Shown piece after piece: positions 28,272 to 41,345 of a stretch of 64,000 bases of DNA. Made by a program: the position numbers and the translations under genes. How positions within the stretch are numbered: the first letter of the stretch is position 1; each line of letters begins with the position of its first letter. The stretch lies in NCBI GenBank assembly GCA_009914755.4, contig CP068257.2, positions 8,608,001 through 8,672,000 on the forward strand. Direction: 5' to 3'. The DNA comes from the human T2T-CHM13v2.0 reference genome, Homo sapiens. The notes under the pieces are model-generated. The model saw nothing but the letters and a program-made list of their open reading frames with translations. It was not told the DNA's origin and did not search any database.

Positions 28272-29620
28272 GTGAACTTATATTGTAATATAATTAGTAA
28301 CCAGTTATTTTAAAAACTTAATTGTATTCATTAAAAATTTTAGTATCTATCTTAAGCCTATGGTAATTTTGATATAAAAAATGGAATAGCTTTTTTGAAA
28401 AGTAGATTTTGTGATCTACTTTTAGTGGATTTCCTATCAATATATAATGCTAGGCTGGAAAAAAGATATGTAAGTTAAAAAATGAAGATTAATAATTTCA
28501 CACACCAAATAAGATAGATTAAAAAATAAATCAATTTGTACAAAACCTGGTTCACTGTTGCTATGATATTTAAACTCACTGTTTGGAAGTCTAAAGACAA
28601 ACAGGAAGACTAAAAAAAATTAATATTGTTGAAACCAGCAGAGAATGTTACAACATCATTACGACCAAAAGAATATTTTTACTCACTATTTTTACAGTCA
28701 TTTTAAAAAGTAACCTTTTTTATTCTCACCTTGTGTAGAAGTATAGAATGATTCTTTGGGTAAAAGATAATGAAAGTGAATTTACATATTTTAGTAATTG
28801 GTTACATCAACATGATAATGATTTCTGTTATATAATCATTAATGTATAAAGGAGTAAAAGTCAATTCTGGCATCCGAGGAGATTCTTGGTAAGGTAAAAG
28901 AAATCATAATTTTAAAAAAAATCACATTAAGATGATTATTTCTATACTTTCCTTGAAAGTCTGATAAGTAGGGTGAAAGACAGAATAAAAACAGAGGAAG
29001 AAAAATTCAATAGTTTTAAACTGCTTTACAATTATAAACAAAAAAGGATTATAAAGAAAATTAACTGACAAATGAGAAAATATTTGCAACAATCTTAATA
29101 GGCAGTGAGTTCTTACTCTTCATATGTATCTTGTATAAAATTCATAGCACTGAAGACCCCAGTAGAAAAATTGCGAACAATCAGATCTGAATAGAAAAAT
29201 GGACAAGGGACATTATCAGATAATCTAAAAACTAAAAAGGAAAGGAAAAGAAAAACGATTGTTATTCTAGTTAACTACTAAAATGCAAATTAATAGGATA
29301 CTGTTTTTTTCCATATCAAGTTTTCAAGTATTTTTTTAGAGTCATAATGTTTAAAAAAAAATCCATGATACAAAACATACTCTGTTAATTTGAGGTAAGA
29401 ATGTAAATGGAAGCAGCATTTTCTGGAAAACAGTTTGATGACATAAAGTTTTAGTAATTTAATATTGAAATTTATAATTAAAGAGGTATAATTGAAGAAT
29501 GACGAATTATGAAAATATTTGTTATGTAATAAAGGTACAATGTTTTTATTAAAAAAGCAAAATATAAAACTAAATTTAAAACTGTACAGTCCAATATGGC
29601 AACAACTAGTCACATGTAGC

Positions 29621-29915
29621 TTTTTTTTTTTTTTGAGGCACAGAGTCTCAATCTGTCACCCAGGTTGGAGGGCAGTGGTGTGATCATAGCTCATTATAAC
29701 CTCAAATTTCTGGGCTCAAGCACTCCTCCTGCATCAGTCTCCCAAGTAGCTGGTATTACATGTGCACACCACCATGCCCAGCTAACTTTTTAAATTTTTT
29801 GTAAAGATGGGGTCTCACTATGTTGTCCAGGCTGATCTTGAACTTCTTGCCTCAAGCAATTCTCCCATTGCCTTCCCAAAGCACAGAGATTACAGGAGTG
29901 AGTTACCTCTCAGCC
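29621..29915 (-). mobile_element. Alu (AluJ-like), minus orientation, in the exon4-exon5 intron
   Basis: There is a poly-T, then gaggcacagagtctcaatctgtcacccaggttggagggcagtggtgtgatcatagctcattataacctc ... cccaaagcacagagattacaggagtgagttacc. Confidence 0.85.
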
Positions 29916-30060
29916 ACATGCATCTTTTGAACTCTTGGAATATGTCCAGTCTGAAACTTTAGATATGTACACACCTACACACATACACATGTCCTGTTTT
30001 GATGTCCTATAATTAATTTTCTCTCAGTTTTTAACTTTTATCTATCTTATTAATGTACAG

Positions 30061-30175
30061 AATTGCCCTGAAATCTGGCTATGGAAAATATCTTGGTATA
30101 AATTCAGATGAACTTGTTGTTGGGCGTTCAGATGCAATTGGACCAAGAGAACAATGGGAACCAGTCTTTCAAAAT
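30061..30175 (+). pseudogene. FRG1-like exon 5
   Basis: Acceptor is tgtacag|, donor is |gtaagt. It encodes [38 protein letters not shown]. Confidence 0.85.
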
Positions 30176-32426
30176 GTAAGTGCTGTTTTTGTTTATAAAA
30201 ACTTCCTGTCAGTTTAATAGAAAGTCTGTAACAGTCAATCATAATATATTTAAAAAGAAAAAGTAGGATGCAATGTATAATACATTAAATTGGAATAAAC
30301 CGCTAAGAACATAGAGGCTTAAAGAGATCTCAAAATGTAGTGCAACAAAAATAGCATTAGTACATTTGCCCACAATTATTTCTCTATACCCTTAGTGCCT
30401 AGATATGGAACTCATTTCCATTGAAGAACCAGTCAATTTTAGGTCACAGAGTAGGAAAACAGAATAGTTCCTAAGTATCTTCTTTGTAGCAGAAATCATG
30501 GATGATTTCAGAAACATTACAGACTGTAAGCAAACAGTGGAGCTAGCTAAGACCAAGTTGTGACAATTTGCATATAAAATATAAATAATAATGGTTCATT
30601 GAAGTAAATTATCTCTAAAAGACTTTCAGTTCATAAGCTTAAAATAGTGTATGAAAAGATAGTTTTAATATAAGAAGAAAAAAGATAATATACTAATTCT
30701 TAATTTTAGTAAGTAAACAGTTGTAGTATATGGATGTTTTGTTAAATCTTTGTTGATACAGAATACATAATTTCCTTTTTCTGTTTGTGTGAGAAGGAAA
30801 GATTGAACAAAAATATGTGAGTGCTAAACTGTCTTTAAAAAGTAGATAACTATATCAAAAAGAGTAAGGACCAGTGGGCACCATGCAGAACAAGCAAATA
30901 GAAGATAAGTTCAGCCTTTGAGTAGCAGCTTTGGTAGTATACAATAATGAACTGAAAATAGGTACTCAGCAGTGTTTTCTAAGATGACAGATTAAACAAA
31001 CATGCCACCAGAAAGTGGTAATCACTTAGACTAATTTCCTCATCCCCTAGGATAAAGTCTTAAGTCGGTGACTTGAAAACTATTTTGACCCAATCCATTG
31101 ACAAATGCATTTTCACATTGCAGCCCAGCACACACATATGTATAACTGAAGCAAGAGTTGTACTTAACAATACTTACTTATCCATGTGTTATGCACCTTG
31201 ATATTTCTTATTCTCTTTTACCCCTTTCTCTGTGTGTCTGTGTGTATTCCTTTTCCCCCCCACCCACCCAATACCGTTCAGGAAACACTACATTGATTTC
31301 ATTACCTGCTAATGTGTTGCAACCCCTTTGAGATGATCCTACTTATTATGATGAGATGCTTCTAATAAAAGTTACACCAGTAGAAAATGCCAATATTTCA
31401 TAAGGCCAGAATGATGACTTAGATAGTACTAATAATACAACACTTTAGGAAAGTTCATTTTATTTTATTTTTAGGAAGGACGCTAAGTTTCAAAAATTTA
31501 AATTTAAATGAAAGAAGGTCTTAAAACTCTATTGCAAAAAGGACTCAGCTGAATAATCTGTGACACAGGTTTAAATCGCCTTGGGCCACACCGCTGTGTT
31601 CCAGAGCTCACCAGGAGCCATCCAGATGAGAGACCACCCAGCCCTTGTGACTTGACTAAGAAATTAAATCCATGTTATCAGCACGTTTTTAACTGGATGT
31701 GATATAAGGTTAACATATTTTGTAATCATTGTATTTATAAATATTTTGTCTAAATGTTATGGTATTACAAGTTTTCCAGAAGAATCAACCAAATACAGTT
31801 ATAAATAAACGTTATATTTGTTTATGGGAATTAAGCTAACCAAATTTATAACCCAGATTTAGATACACAAGAAAATCAGTTTTTAAAGTTTTGTTTAATA
31901 GAAACCAGTGTAATACATCAAATATTAAACAATTAAAAATGTATATGAATATTTACTTTCACACACAAAAGTCCCTCAGACATTGATTCTTAAATTCAAA
32001 ACACCAAAGACATTGTATATACCTTTTCATATTTTCTAATTGTGAAGAAAATAAATTTTACTTAAAATGTTAATATTTGAATAAAGTATGCATTCATAAT
32101 TATGTTCTTGTCTTTAAAGTTAATTTTCCAAGCAGAACTAAATCAGTTTTATCTTCAGTAGATCTTTTAGAAAGGAAGCAATCCTACTTTAGTCCTACTA
32201 GGAAGATACACCACAAATGTTTATTGTGGTAATCTTTGAATAGTAAAATGAAAGGTGATTTTGGTTTCCTTTTCTATATGTTCTTGTATTATATTTTTCA
32301 GGTTTTTCTCTAAGTTCTTTTCTGTGATTTTTAAAGCAGGGAGGAAAAATTAATTCAATCTAAACACTTAATGTTTCTTCCACAAGAAGTATCCTCATGG
32401 CTATTTTGTTATTTTGTTTCACTTAG

Positions 32427-32531
32427 GGGAAAATGGCTTTGTTGGCCTCAAATAGCTGCTTTATTAGATGTAATGAAGCAGGGGACATAGAAGCAAAAAG
32501 TAAAACAGCAGGAGAAGAAGAAATGATCAAG
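32427..32531 (+). pseudogene. FRG1-like exon 6
   Basis: Acceptor is cacttag|, donor is |gtattg. It encodes [35 protein letters not shown], which is identical to FRG1. Confidence 0.85.
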
Positions 32532-33844
32532 GTATTGATGACATTTTATACAGATGACTGCATTCACACATGCGATGTGACTGTATCTCTTTAAAATGTT
32601 AAGTCATCATTTACTGTCACTTTAAAGATTTAGTTAATAGCTTTTTATAATGTGGTGTTTCAAATAGACTCATTTTTAATTATAAATTCCATAGTTGATG
32701 GCTTGTTTATACAATGTGGTAGAGAAATCAGTGCATCTAGGAGCTACCTTGCCATTATCTCCATGGATTAGTATCTTTTTCTGGTAGTTCCACATGCTCT
32801 TTTTAAGCTTTCATGTTCTTGTTTTCTTGCTTGTATTTTAAAATCTAATTTTTTAAATAGATAACATGTACACGTGGTCCAACATTTTTAAATAAAAGCA
32901 TATGAAGATGAAGACATATGCCTACCATACATCTTACTCACCTGTGTCCCAGCTCCTGTTCCTCTTTCCCTTTGTTTTTTTATAGCCTCCTAAAATTTCT
33001 TTATAAACATATGAATATATTTATAATTTTCAACTGTTTTACACTAAAGGCAACCTCCTCTATAGTCTTCTAGACTTTGATTTTTTTTTCCTTAAAATTA
33101 TATCTTGGAGAGTTTTCTACTATTAGTTTGAATGTAGAAAGTTTTCTCTTTTTCTTGCTTTTCCTCTCTTTCTCTCTCTCTCTCTTTTTAACAGCCACAT
33201 AATATTCCATTTTAGGGATGTACCTTAATTTATTTAGTCTTTTGTAGATGGAAATTTAGGCTGTTTCCAGTCTTTTGCTCTTATAAACAGTGCTGCAGTA
33301 CATAATATTGAATATGCATCAATTTGTAGATGTGCGGGTGGACCTGAAGATAAATTTCCAGAAGCAGAATTACCAGGTGGGGGTATACGCATTTGTATTT
33401 ACATAATGCTTGAGCTTCTGTGATGATAATCACTCTATGAAACATAAAAAATTATAGCAGAACTTCTGGGGCCTTAGCCCTTACATTTTAAAAATATTTT
33501 TATTAATAGTACCTGTCTTCTTTGCATTAGGAGAAACATGAATCACATAAAACATGATTTTTATTTTATTTTTAAAATTTGTGTGCATCACTAAGCTGGA
33601 AATAAAAGTTCCTTATTCCAGGCTAAATTCCCTCATCCGTAGTCAGACGCGTTATCCATTGCACCAGTGGCCTGTGCACTCCCTAATCCTACTCTTTGTT
33701 TTACATCATTGTAAAAGTTACACAGACATCTTCATATCAAGGTGAAATTCTAAATAATACTGTTAATATAACATAGATAAATCAGGTAGTTAAGTGGAAT
33801 TTGATGAAAACATTTAAGGCTTAATTTTTTAGACTCACAAAAGC

Positions 33845-34064
33845 CACTGATCTTTAATGATAAACATATACCAGGATATGTCTAAAGAATAACTCCCTGC
33901 TTCTTGACACATGGCTTTTGTGTGTCTTGGCATTCCATCGCAGTACTGAGCAAATGCACCGATCTTTAATGATAAACATATACCAGGATATGTCTAAAGA
34001 ATAACTCCCCCCTTCTTGACACATGGTTTTTCTGTGTCTTAGCATTCCATCGCAGTACTGAGCA
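33845..34064. repeat. Tandem duplication, about 110 bp x 2 (about 95% identical), in the exon6-exon7 intron
   Basis: The unit cac(t/c)gatctttaatgataaacatataccaggatatgtctaaagaataactcc...cttcttgacacatgg(c/t)ttt...cattccatcgcagtactgagca occurs at 33845-33952 and again at 33957-34064. Confidence 0.85.
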
Positions 34065-35836
34065 TCCTGAACCTTGCTTTGTTTGTCTCTGTTGGGAATC
34101 ACAGGTTGCATCCAGTCTGACCCAGATTTGCTCTGTAAGGCATGATGGGGGCCAGAGTGGAAGGCTCTAAGAGAGGGGGCAAATGCCTTTTCTAAAATGC
34201 CCTTCGTTCTTATAATTAGAGCATAAAAATTAATGTTACATTTTTCTCTACTTCCAGTGTAATTTAAAAGCATCTATCAATTCTCTGTACGTGCTTCATG
34301 TTAGATTTCCGGTCATGTGTTTGATTTTCTTTTTAGAATGGTCTTGATTTCAGATAATTTCAAATCTAAAGCCCAAACAATTTCAATCTAAAATGTAGGT
34401 TTTTCTTACAGTTAGAGAAGTGAAATGTTATATTTTTTCATTGCATGCATCCAGCACATGCGTTGTAGTCTTGAATTTCCATAATGCTCCTGTGAGGTGG
34501 ATGTGAGCTCAGCCTTACAGACAGGAAGACAGCCTCTGACCCTCCTTACATCCTTATGGTTTTTGTCAGTCAGTTCATGGTAATCACAGTGATTTCAAGG
34601 TGTGTTAAGACAGGATGTGTACCGAGGCCCATCTGACTCCAGAGGCCAATCTCAGTATTTCATAGCACATTGCTTCTCAGGAAACAGGTCATTGAGGAAA
34701 TGCAGATGGGTTTGTGACTTACATTTAATTTTATTTATTTATATTTTATTGTATCATGTTTAAATTATTTTTCATCTGGATATCATCACAAAAGTGTTAT
34801 TGAAGGCAACAATGGCAAATATATGTGCAGTGCTTTGCACTTATGCAAAGATACAAAGATACACAAAGATTGCGTTTTTCACTATTTAAAGCAATTTTCA
34901 GATGAAATACAAAGTTTTCTGGGTCTCTTAGGTTAGTCAAGTACTTGGAAGCTCTGAACAGTGGTTATTTAAGACTCTTTTTGTACCATTTAATTGCAGG
35001 CTTTCCTAATCTCTGTCAGCCCTTCACCTTTATGACCTTGCCTTATCTACCAGAACACAGATCCCTCTTACTAAAGGTAGCATTGTGTTACAGGCACTAA
35101 CAGGGAATGTTTTCAGGCCTGGGACCCCTCTAATCAAAACTGTCACAAAGATGTCATTGGCACAAAGACGTTATTTGTCATCACTTTCTAAGCAGCCCTG
35201 GAACTGGACTCTGGCCACAGAGATCCCTTAGGAGACATGAGTCCTTACCATTGCCAATTGCCTGTTCTGTGGGCGATCCTAATTGTTGAATGCAGATCAA
35301 TTAACTTATGACATGTGATAGTAAACACCTATCCAAACTTAGGAGAATATAAGAAGCCAGTAAAAGAGGTGGATTCCAATTAATTAAAAACAAGTTGTGT
35401 AATGTTAAAAGTTTTAATACTTTGATAATAGTCTGTGCAATGTAAAATAGCTATTAAGCTTTCAGTCTGATCAAATGAACACTTGTCTATAGGGATAATT
35501 TGATCCTGGTGTATTCACTTGGAGGACAAAATTAAATGAATGATTGCTTTATTGTCTAGCAGGATCTGATGTGTAAAATATTTCTGAAATAATTTTGTCT
35601 GTAGTGTTTCTGACAAAAGGACTGGGAAGAAGCATGTGATAGCCCTTACTCATATAGATTATATATATATGAAGTAAAAATGCATAGCAAGAACCTGTCT
35701 TTTTCTGAATATAGTTGCTCAGTTAATTTTTTTCTTCTGCATAAGAAATCATCTCGAATATTCTTATGTGATACGTAAAGTGGGGAAGGTGGAAGATAAA
35801 CATATAACCCATTGGATTCTCTTTTCCATTATCTAG

Positions 35837-35928
35837 ATTAGATCCTGTGCTGAAAGAGAAGCCAAGAAAAAAGATGACATTCCAGAAGAAGACAAAGGAA
35901 ATGTAAAACAACATGAAATCAATTATGT
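35837..35928 (+). pseudogene. FRG1-like exon 7
   Basis: Acceptor is tatctag|, donor is |gtatgt. It encodes [30 protein letters not shown](V). Confidence 0.85.
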
Positions 35929-36006
35929 GTATGTATGCTTTTCCTTTTAGACCTACAGATTTGACAGTGAAGTGCTTCTCAAAGTGCTTTCAAAATAAAT
36001 TATCTA

Positions 36007-36160
36007 ATTAGCTGGGGATGGTGGTGCATGCACGTAGGCCCATCTGCTCGGGAGGCTGAGACAGGAGGATTGTTTGAGCCCAGGAGTTCAAGGCTGCAGT
36101 GAGCTCTGATCACCAGTGCATTCCAGCCTGGGTGACGGAGGAAGATTCTGTCTGAAAAAA
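36007..36160 (+). mobile_element. Alu right-monomer fragment (FRAM-like)
   Basis: It reads ttagctggggatggtggtgcatgcacgtaggcccatctgctcgggaggctgagacaggaggattgtttgagcccaggagttcaaggctgcagtgagctctgatcaccagtgcattccagcctgggtgacggaggaagattctgtctgaaaaaa. Confidence 0.75.
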
Positions 36161-36494
36161 TGAAAACTGATGGACAAGAAGAGGCAACACAATGTAGCCT
36201 CTAGGAAAGAGCACTGAGCTAAATTCTTTTCTTGAGGGTTCTGTTTTCCTAATCATCCTACCAGCCCCCAAAGCTAGTCACTCGGGTTAGTCAATCTCTC
36301 TATTCATTCATAGAATGGGCGTGATGCCAGTCAAAGGCTGTGCTATGGTCAGGACACAGGGGACTCCAGCCAGCATGCCCTAATAGAAGTGGGGCCTTGT
36401 GCTACCCAGTCAATGAGTGGCCGTCCTCTTGAGAGGTCACAAAGGTCATCTTGTTGTTCAAAATCTCCAGCTTATTAAAAAAAAACACAATTAG

Positions 36495-36792
<298 letters not shown>

Positions 36793-36908
36793 CTACAATT
36801 AGATTTTTTTAATAAGTGAAAAAGAAATTAACAGTATTTATAAATTTAATAGTAAATATATATAATCAGAGTTTGAGGTATTTTTCAATGAAGACATTTT
36901 CTTTGCAG

Positions 36909-37019
36909 AAAGAAATTTCAGAGCTTCCAGGACCACAAACTTAAAATAAGTAAAGAAGACAGTAAAATTCCTAAAAAGGCTCAGAAAGATGGATTTTTGC
37001 ATGAGATGCTTAGGGATAG
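36909..37019 (+). pseudogene. FRG1-like exon 8
   Basis: Acceptor is ctttgcag|, donor is |gtagct. It encodes (V)[36 protein letters not shown](R). Confidence 0.8.
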
Positions 37020-38186
37020 GTAGCTATTTACTTATTTTCACTATTTTCAGTAACCAATAGAAATGGCATGTAGAAAACCTATATTCTCTTAAATTACTGT
37101 AGTTTTCACATTTTTGTCTTTATTTCTGAGTGTGGCAATATTACCTAGAGAGGACATCATGAGTTTGGGAAAAGACTGTCAACAAAGAATATCTAAAAAT
37201 TATAACCGATTCTAAGTATATACTTTAAGAAATTCAGGTTAGACTCTATCTACTTCATAAATTTATCATTTTCTTTTTATAACTATTAGAACCGAGTTAG
37301 AAAGAAGCAGTTTGACTAATATAAAAATTATGTGGATTCTGTTAGAGTAGTTCAGGTTCCTTAAAGTAAGCATAGATCAACTAAAAAACTAAGTATAAAA
37401 GCTAAATAAGTGAAATTGAAGCAGTTTTATTGTAAGATTTGGAAGAGTGCAGGATGTTTATCATAGCACATTATTAATATTTATTACTCTTCCTATGTAG
37501 ATAAGTGATGTCCTAGATTTACAACATAGAAAAACAGGTAGAGACGTTTAGCTGTGAGTGTACAAGTATAAATCAATTAAGTGCCAGATTTTGATAATCA
37601 CCAGCTGCTCATTCAAGTCCTATGTTGCAAAGTTACTTTTACCCTTTATTTACATTACTTGATAAAGGTAATGTTTAATTACATATTTCCTGTTAACTAG
37701 CTGGTAGAGTTCATACCTAAAGTCAGTAAATAATGTTAAGAATTTTTTCCAGCTGAGCAAATGAATATGTATCTAGTTGTAAGAAATCAAGAAGAGGATA
37801 TAAAATATAATCAGGATGTGGACTCTAAAACGGAATAAGCTCTGTGTCCTGTAACTTTTTTCACTTGTAATAATACAGCATTCTCACCCTGTTAAATGGA
37901 AACTTAGAGCACCCTTAAATTCTGGAATAGTTAAAATTGCTATTTAGATTGAAAAGCCCTTAGGCAACATTTATTGAATATTAGGAAATAACTTTTATAA
38001 GATTAGAATCCACTTTTTATAGAAACCAAATTTAAAAGTATACATATTTTAATATAAGTGTTGTGGTAATACAATAACCAAAATTGAACACACAGTTTTA
38101 AAGCTTTTTATATTTAATAGCAGTTGAATATATATGGCATGTTTTACATAGATTAATTTTACTATTTTTCTTTGTTTAAACAAGAG

Positions 38187-38288
38187 AACCAAATTGAAAG
38201 CCTACAGATACTGAAGATGACTGGAATTTTTGTTTCTGTCTTATCTTTTTGTGTTTTTTTCTGAATAAACAATTCAGAGGAAATGCTT
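38187..38288 (+). pseudogene. FRG1-like terminal exon 9 (acceptor ambiguous between 38184/38186; stop TGA ~38212; short 3'UTR)
   Basis: The sequence aacaagAG|AACCAAATTGAAAGCCTACAGATACTGA encodes (R)TKLKAYRY*, against FRG1 RAKLKADRYCK*. An AATAAA lies 55 nt downstream. Confidence 0.65.
38264..38269 (+). promoter_or_regulatory. Polyadenylation signal AATAAA of the FRG1-like transcript
   Basis: The hexamer sits in ctgaataaacaattcagagg, directly after the terminal exon and T-rich 3'UTR. Confidence 0.6.
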
Positions 38289-40833
38289 TTACAGAGTTCT
38301 TGAGTTGTTGTGAAATTATTGTTTAGCTAGTAGCTAGTTTAACCAGGATTAAACAAGTTTAATCAGGATTCTTCATGGATGTACTTTTTAGCTAACTACA
38401 GTTTTTCACATGGAAATGAAACTTACAGTACACACTTAACGTACCACAGAATTTTTTTCTGGATTTCCTGTCCTGAAGCATGAAGTGTACTAGAAACCAA
38501 TTCTTCCTGCGCTACTTGTGGAATCTTTCTTACTGGATCATAATCTTACTTTACTTTATACAATAGATGCTTAATCAGTGCCTTTAATAGGAAGTTAGAA
38601 ACTCCCAATCCAATCAACAAGGCTTTGATTCTACCTCCTAAGTACTACCCAGATCACAGAAAATCCAAATATCAGAACTAGGGGCTGGGCAGAGAGGACA
38701 AATCATCTATTAGGGAGTGGGACAGAAAGTGGAAACATTACAAAGGAGCAAGTAGGCTCAGAACAGAAGGGAGAGTAGTACGGGGAAACTCTCTACTGAG
38801 GACAGTTTTGCCACAGTAGATATGTATGTGATGTTTTTGTCCTCGTGGGCTGGAATGGAAGCTGATAAAGAAGTTCAGATGCTACATGTTGCTTAGGTCT
38901 GCTTTGTTGAAGCCTGTCTCTTTCAGAGTTCCTAAACACAATATTCCTGTGGCATCTAATCCCAGTGAGTGCTCCAAATCCAGGCTGTGTATCAGATGCC
39001 ACGGGAAATTCTGCCTCAGGACTGAGGTTGGTTCAAGCATCTGGATGATGTCAAAAGTCCACGTTGTGTGCTGGCCTAACCTGAAATACCCTATCTAGTT
39101 CTAGCCTTTAAATTCCTTCTGTCACCAAATCTAGAGTTACATGGCGTCTGTACAAGCTAGGTAGCTGAGGCATGGGATCAGCCCTATAAAGGAGCTTTTG
39201 GAGCTTTTGTTGTAGGTCTAGCTTCAACTTGGCACTCCAGTTCCAATAGCTGGACTTTCTCCCATCGTGTGTTCTGATCCTTGGATTGGGAACAAAGTAA
39301 CCACTCTGATCCCACAAAGCAGTGGTTCCAGTTCCTAACCAGTGACTGTTTTGCCTCCCAGGGGACATTTTTGGTTTTCACAACTGGAATATGGTGTTAG
39401 AGAGTAGAGGCTAGGGTTGCTGCGAAGCATGTGGCAGAATCCCGTTCCGCTCAGAATGCTAACAGTGCCAAGGTTATGGAGCCTTCCCACCCAAGGGCTT
39501 GGTCTTTTCCTTGATTTTGCCAGCTCCCTAACCCTTAAACAAAACAGTTCAAATCTATATGCATAAGCATCTCCTAGGGACCTGCACGTTTCCAATATCG
39601 ACTACTGAGACCCATCCGTAGAGATGCAGGCTTAGGAGGTCTAGGATTGGGCTCAAAATTTGCATTTTAACAAGTACTCCAGGTCATTCTGAAGCAAGTG
39701 ATACAAACCACAGAATGAGGAACACCGCCTTCAAGAGACTGAATCTTGCTTCCCAACACTAGCTTGGTATCTGAGACCATCTGCCTGCTGACTGGCTTTC
39801 CTGTCACAAACATTCTGCATGTGGGCACAGTGTGTTCCTGGACTCCATGTCAACCCGTTCACCCTCATGTTCCCTTGGTTCCTCTCCCCAGTCCAGCGAG
39901 CAGAACTGATTACAGATCTTGACAACAGAAGATACAGATTTAAAATAACTTGCCTGTTCCCGGGGACTTTATCCACTAGTGAAGGAGGACAAGTGGACAA
40001 GGGGAGAGGGTAGGTGGGGGCTCCTTCCCTATTCCTCCCATTCCACTTTATACAAACCCCAGCTAGACCACTGGGAGAGCAACGGAGGTTAAGAATGACT
40101 GCATCTAAATATTGTCATCTGGTCCACTCTTCTTCCATCTTGTACACAAGGATATCATGAGTTTTGTTTAAAGCACTACTAAAACCAAGATAAACTTTGG
40201 CTTAGCATGCCTCTGATGGATCAGTCTAGTAATCTTATCAAAACCAAGATTACCTAAAAGCACTAACCAAAGGAAAAGCTCCCTCACCCCAACCTATGAC
40301 TGCTCACATTTTTCAGATTGACTCATTTCAATTGTATTTTAAGGTTCATTGACTCTTTACCACCTTCAAGCTGCTCCTGAACACAACTGATTATTATTTT
40401 TTAATTTTGAAAACTTTCTCACTTCTGGAATTTCCACTTGAGTCTTTGTTATTATTGTAGTTTCTTCTTCTCTGCTGTGATTTCCTATCCATTTATTTTA
40501 AGGGTTTTTGGGGTTTTGATTTTAGTAAGAATTACAATAACTACTTTAAAAATCCACACTAATTCCAACATCTGGGTCGTCTCGAGGTCAGTCTCTATTC
40601 ATTGCCTTTTTCTTTGAATATGTTTCTTTACATGTTTGATATAATGGGATTGAATTCTGAAGATTGTAAAACTAGATTTTGTTTTGTTCCTCTGAAAATT
40701 TTGATAATTTTTTGTTGTATTTGTTGTATTTTGTTTGATTTTTTTTCTATTATATACTTTACAATAATTTTTCTCCAATGGTTTTAACATTTCTATTTCT
40801 CAAAATATTTATGTCAAAAATTATACAAAGTAG

Positions 40834-40956
40834 CTTGGTGCAGTGGCTTCCATCTGTAATCCCAGAACTTTTAGAGGCCAAGGCAGGAGGGTCACTTGAG
40901 CCCAGGAGTTGGAAACCAGCCTACACAACAAGGCAAGACCCTTTCTCCACAAAAAA
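40834..40956 (+). mobile_element. Free left Alu monomer (FLAM-like) with A tail
   Basis: It reads gcttggtgcagtggcttccatctgtaatcccagaacttttagaggccaaggcaggagggtcacttgagcccaggagttggaaaccagcctacacaacaaggcaagaccctttctccacaaaaaaa. Confidence 0.75.
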
Positions 40957-40960
40957 ATTA

Positions 40961-41041
40961 TTAGGGTGGGGTAAAAAGTAGTTGCGGGTTTTGCCATTAC
41001 TTTCAATGGCAAAACCCGGAATTACTCTTGCACTAACCTGA
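40961..41041. mobile_element. MADE1 (mariner-derived element 1; Hsmar1-related 80-bp MITE) with TA target-site duplication
   Basis: The window has ttagggtggggtaaaaagtagttgcgggttttgccattactttcaatggcaaaacccggaattactcttgcactaacctga. The MADE1 consensus is ttaggttggtgcaaaagtaattgcggtttttgccattacttttaatggcaaaaaccgcaattacttttgcaccaacctaa. It is a perfect palindromic hairpin architecture flanked by TA (40959-60 and 41042-43). Confidence 0.8.
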
Positions 41042-41050
41042 TAAAAAATA

Positions 41051-41345
41051 AGCTGGGTATGGTGGTGACGTGTGCCTGTGGTCTCAGCTATTTGGGAAGT
41101 GAAGGCAGAGATGGGAGGATTGCTTGAGCCCAGGAGTTCCAGACCAGCCTGAGACCCTGTCTCTATGAGAAAAAAAAAAAAAAAATAGCTGGGCCCACGT
41201 ACCTGTGGTACTAGCCACTTGGGAGGCAAAGGCAGAGGTGCCAGAATCCCTTGAGCCCAGAAGCTCAAGGCTGCAGGGCACTGTGATTGTGTCACTGCAC
41301 TCCAGCCTGGGTGATGGAGCACGACCCTGACTCCAAATAATAATA
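41051..41345 (+). mobile_element. Alu-type dimer (FRAM-like left unit plus Alu right arm) with an internal A-run and an (AATA)n tail
   Basis: It reads agctgggtatggtggtgacgtgtgcctgtggtctcagctatttgggaagtgaaggcagag...gagaaaaaaaaaaaaaaaatagctgggcccacgtacctgtggtactagccacttgggaggcaaaggcagaggtgccagaatcccttgagcccagaagctcaaggctgcagggcactgtgattgtgtcactgcactccagcctgggtgatggagc. Confidence 0.75.

Noticed and set aside
33854-34273. 139-aa minus-strand ORF in the exon6-exon7 intron
   Set aside because: It spans the 110-bp tandem duplication, which makes part of the reading frame a duplication artefact. It has no recognisable homology or splice context and is most likely a chance ORF.
38300-40600. Downstream unique region checked for remnants of a neighbouring gene (for example a tubulin-like pseudogene as found next to FRG1 at 4q35) and for small ORFs (86-89 aa)
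   Set aside because: No tubulin motifs (GGGTGSG, MREI) appear in any frame. The ORFs have no homology signal or splice structure, so they look like chance ORFs in unique intergenic sequence.
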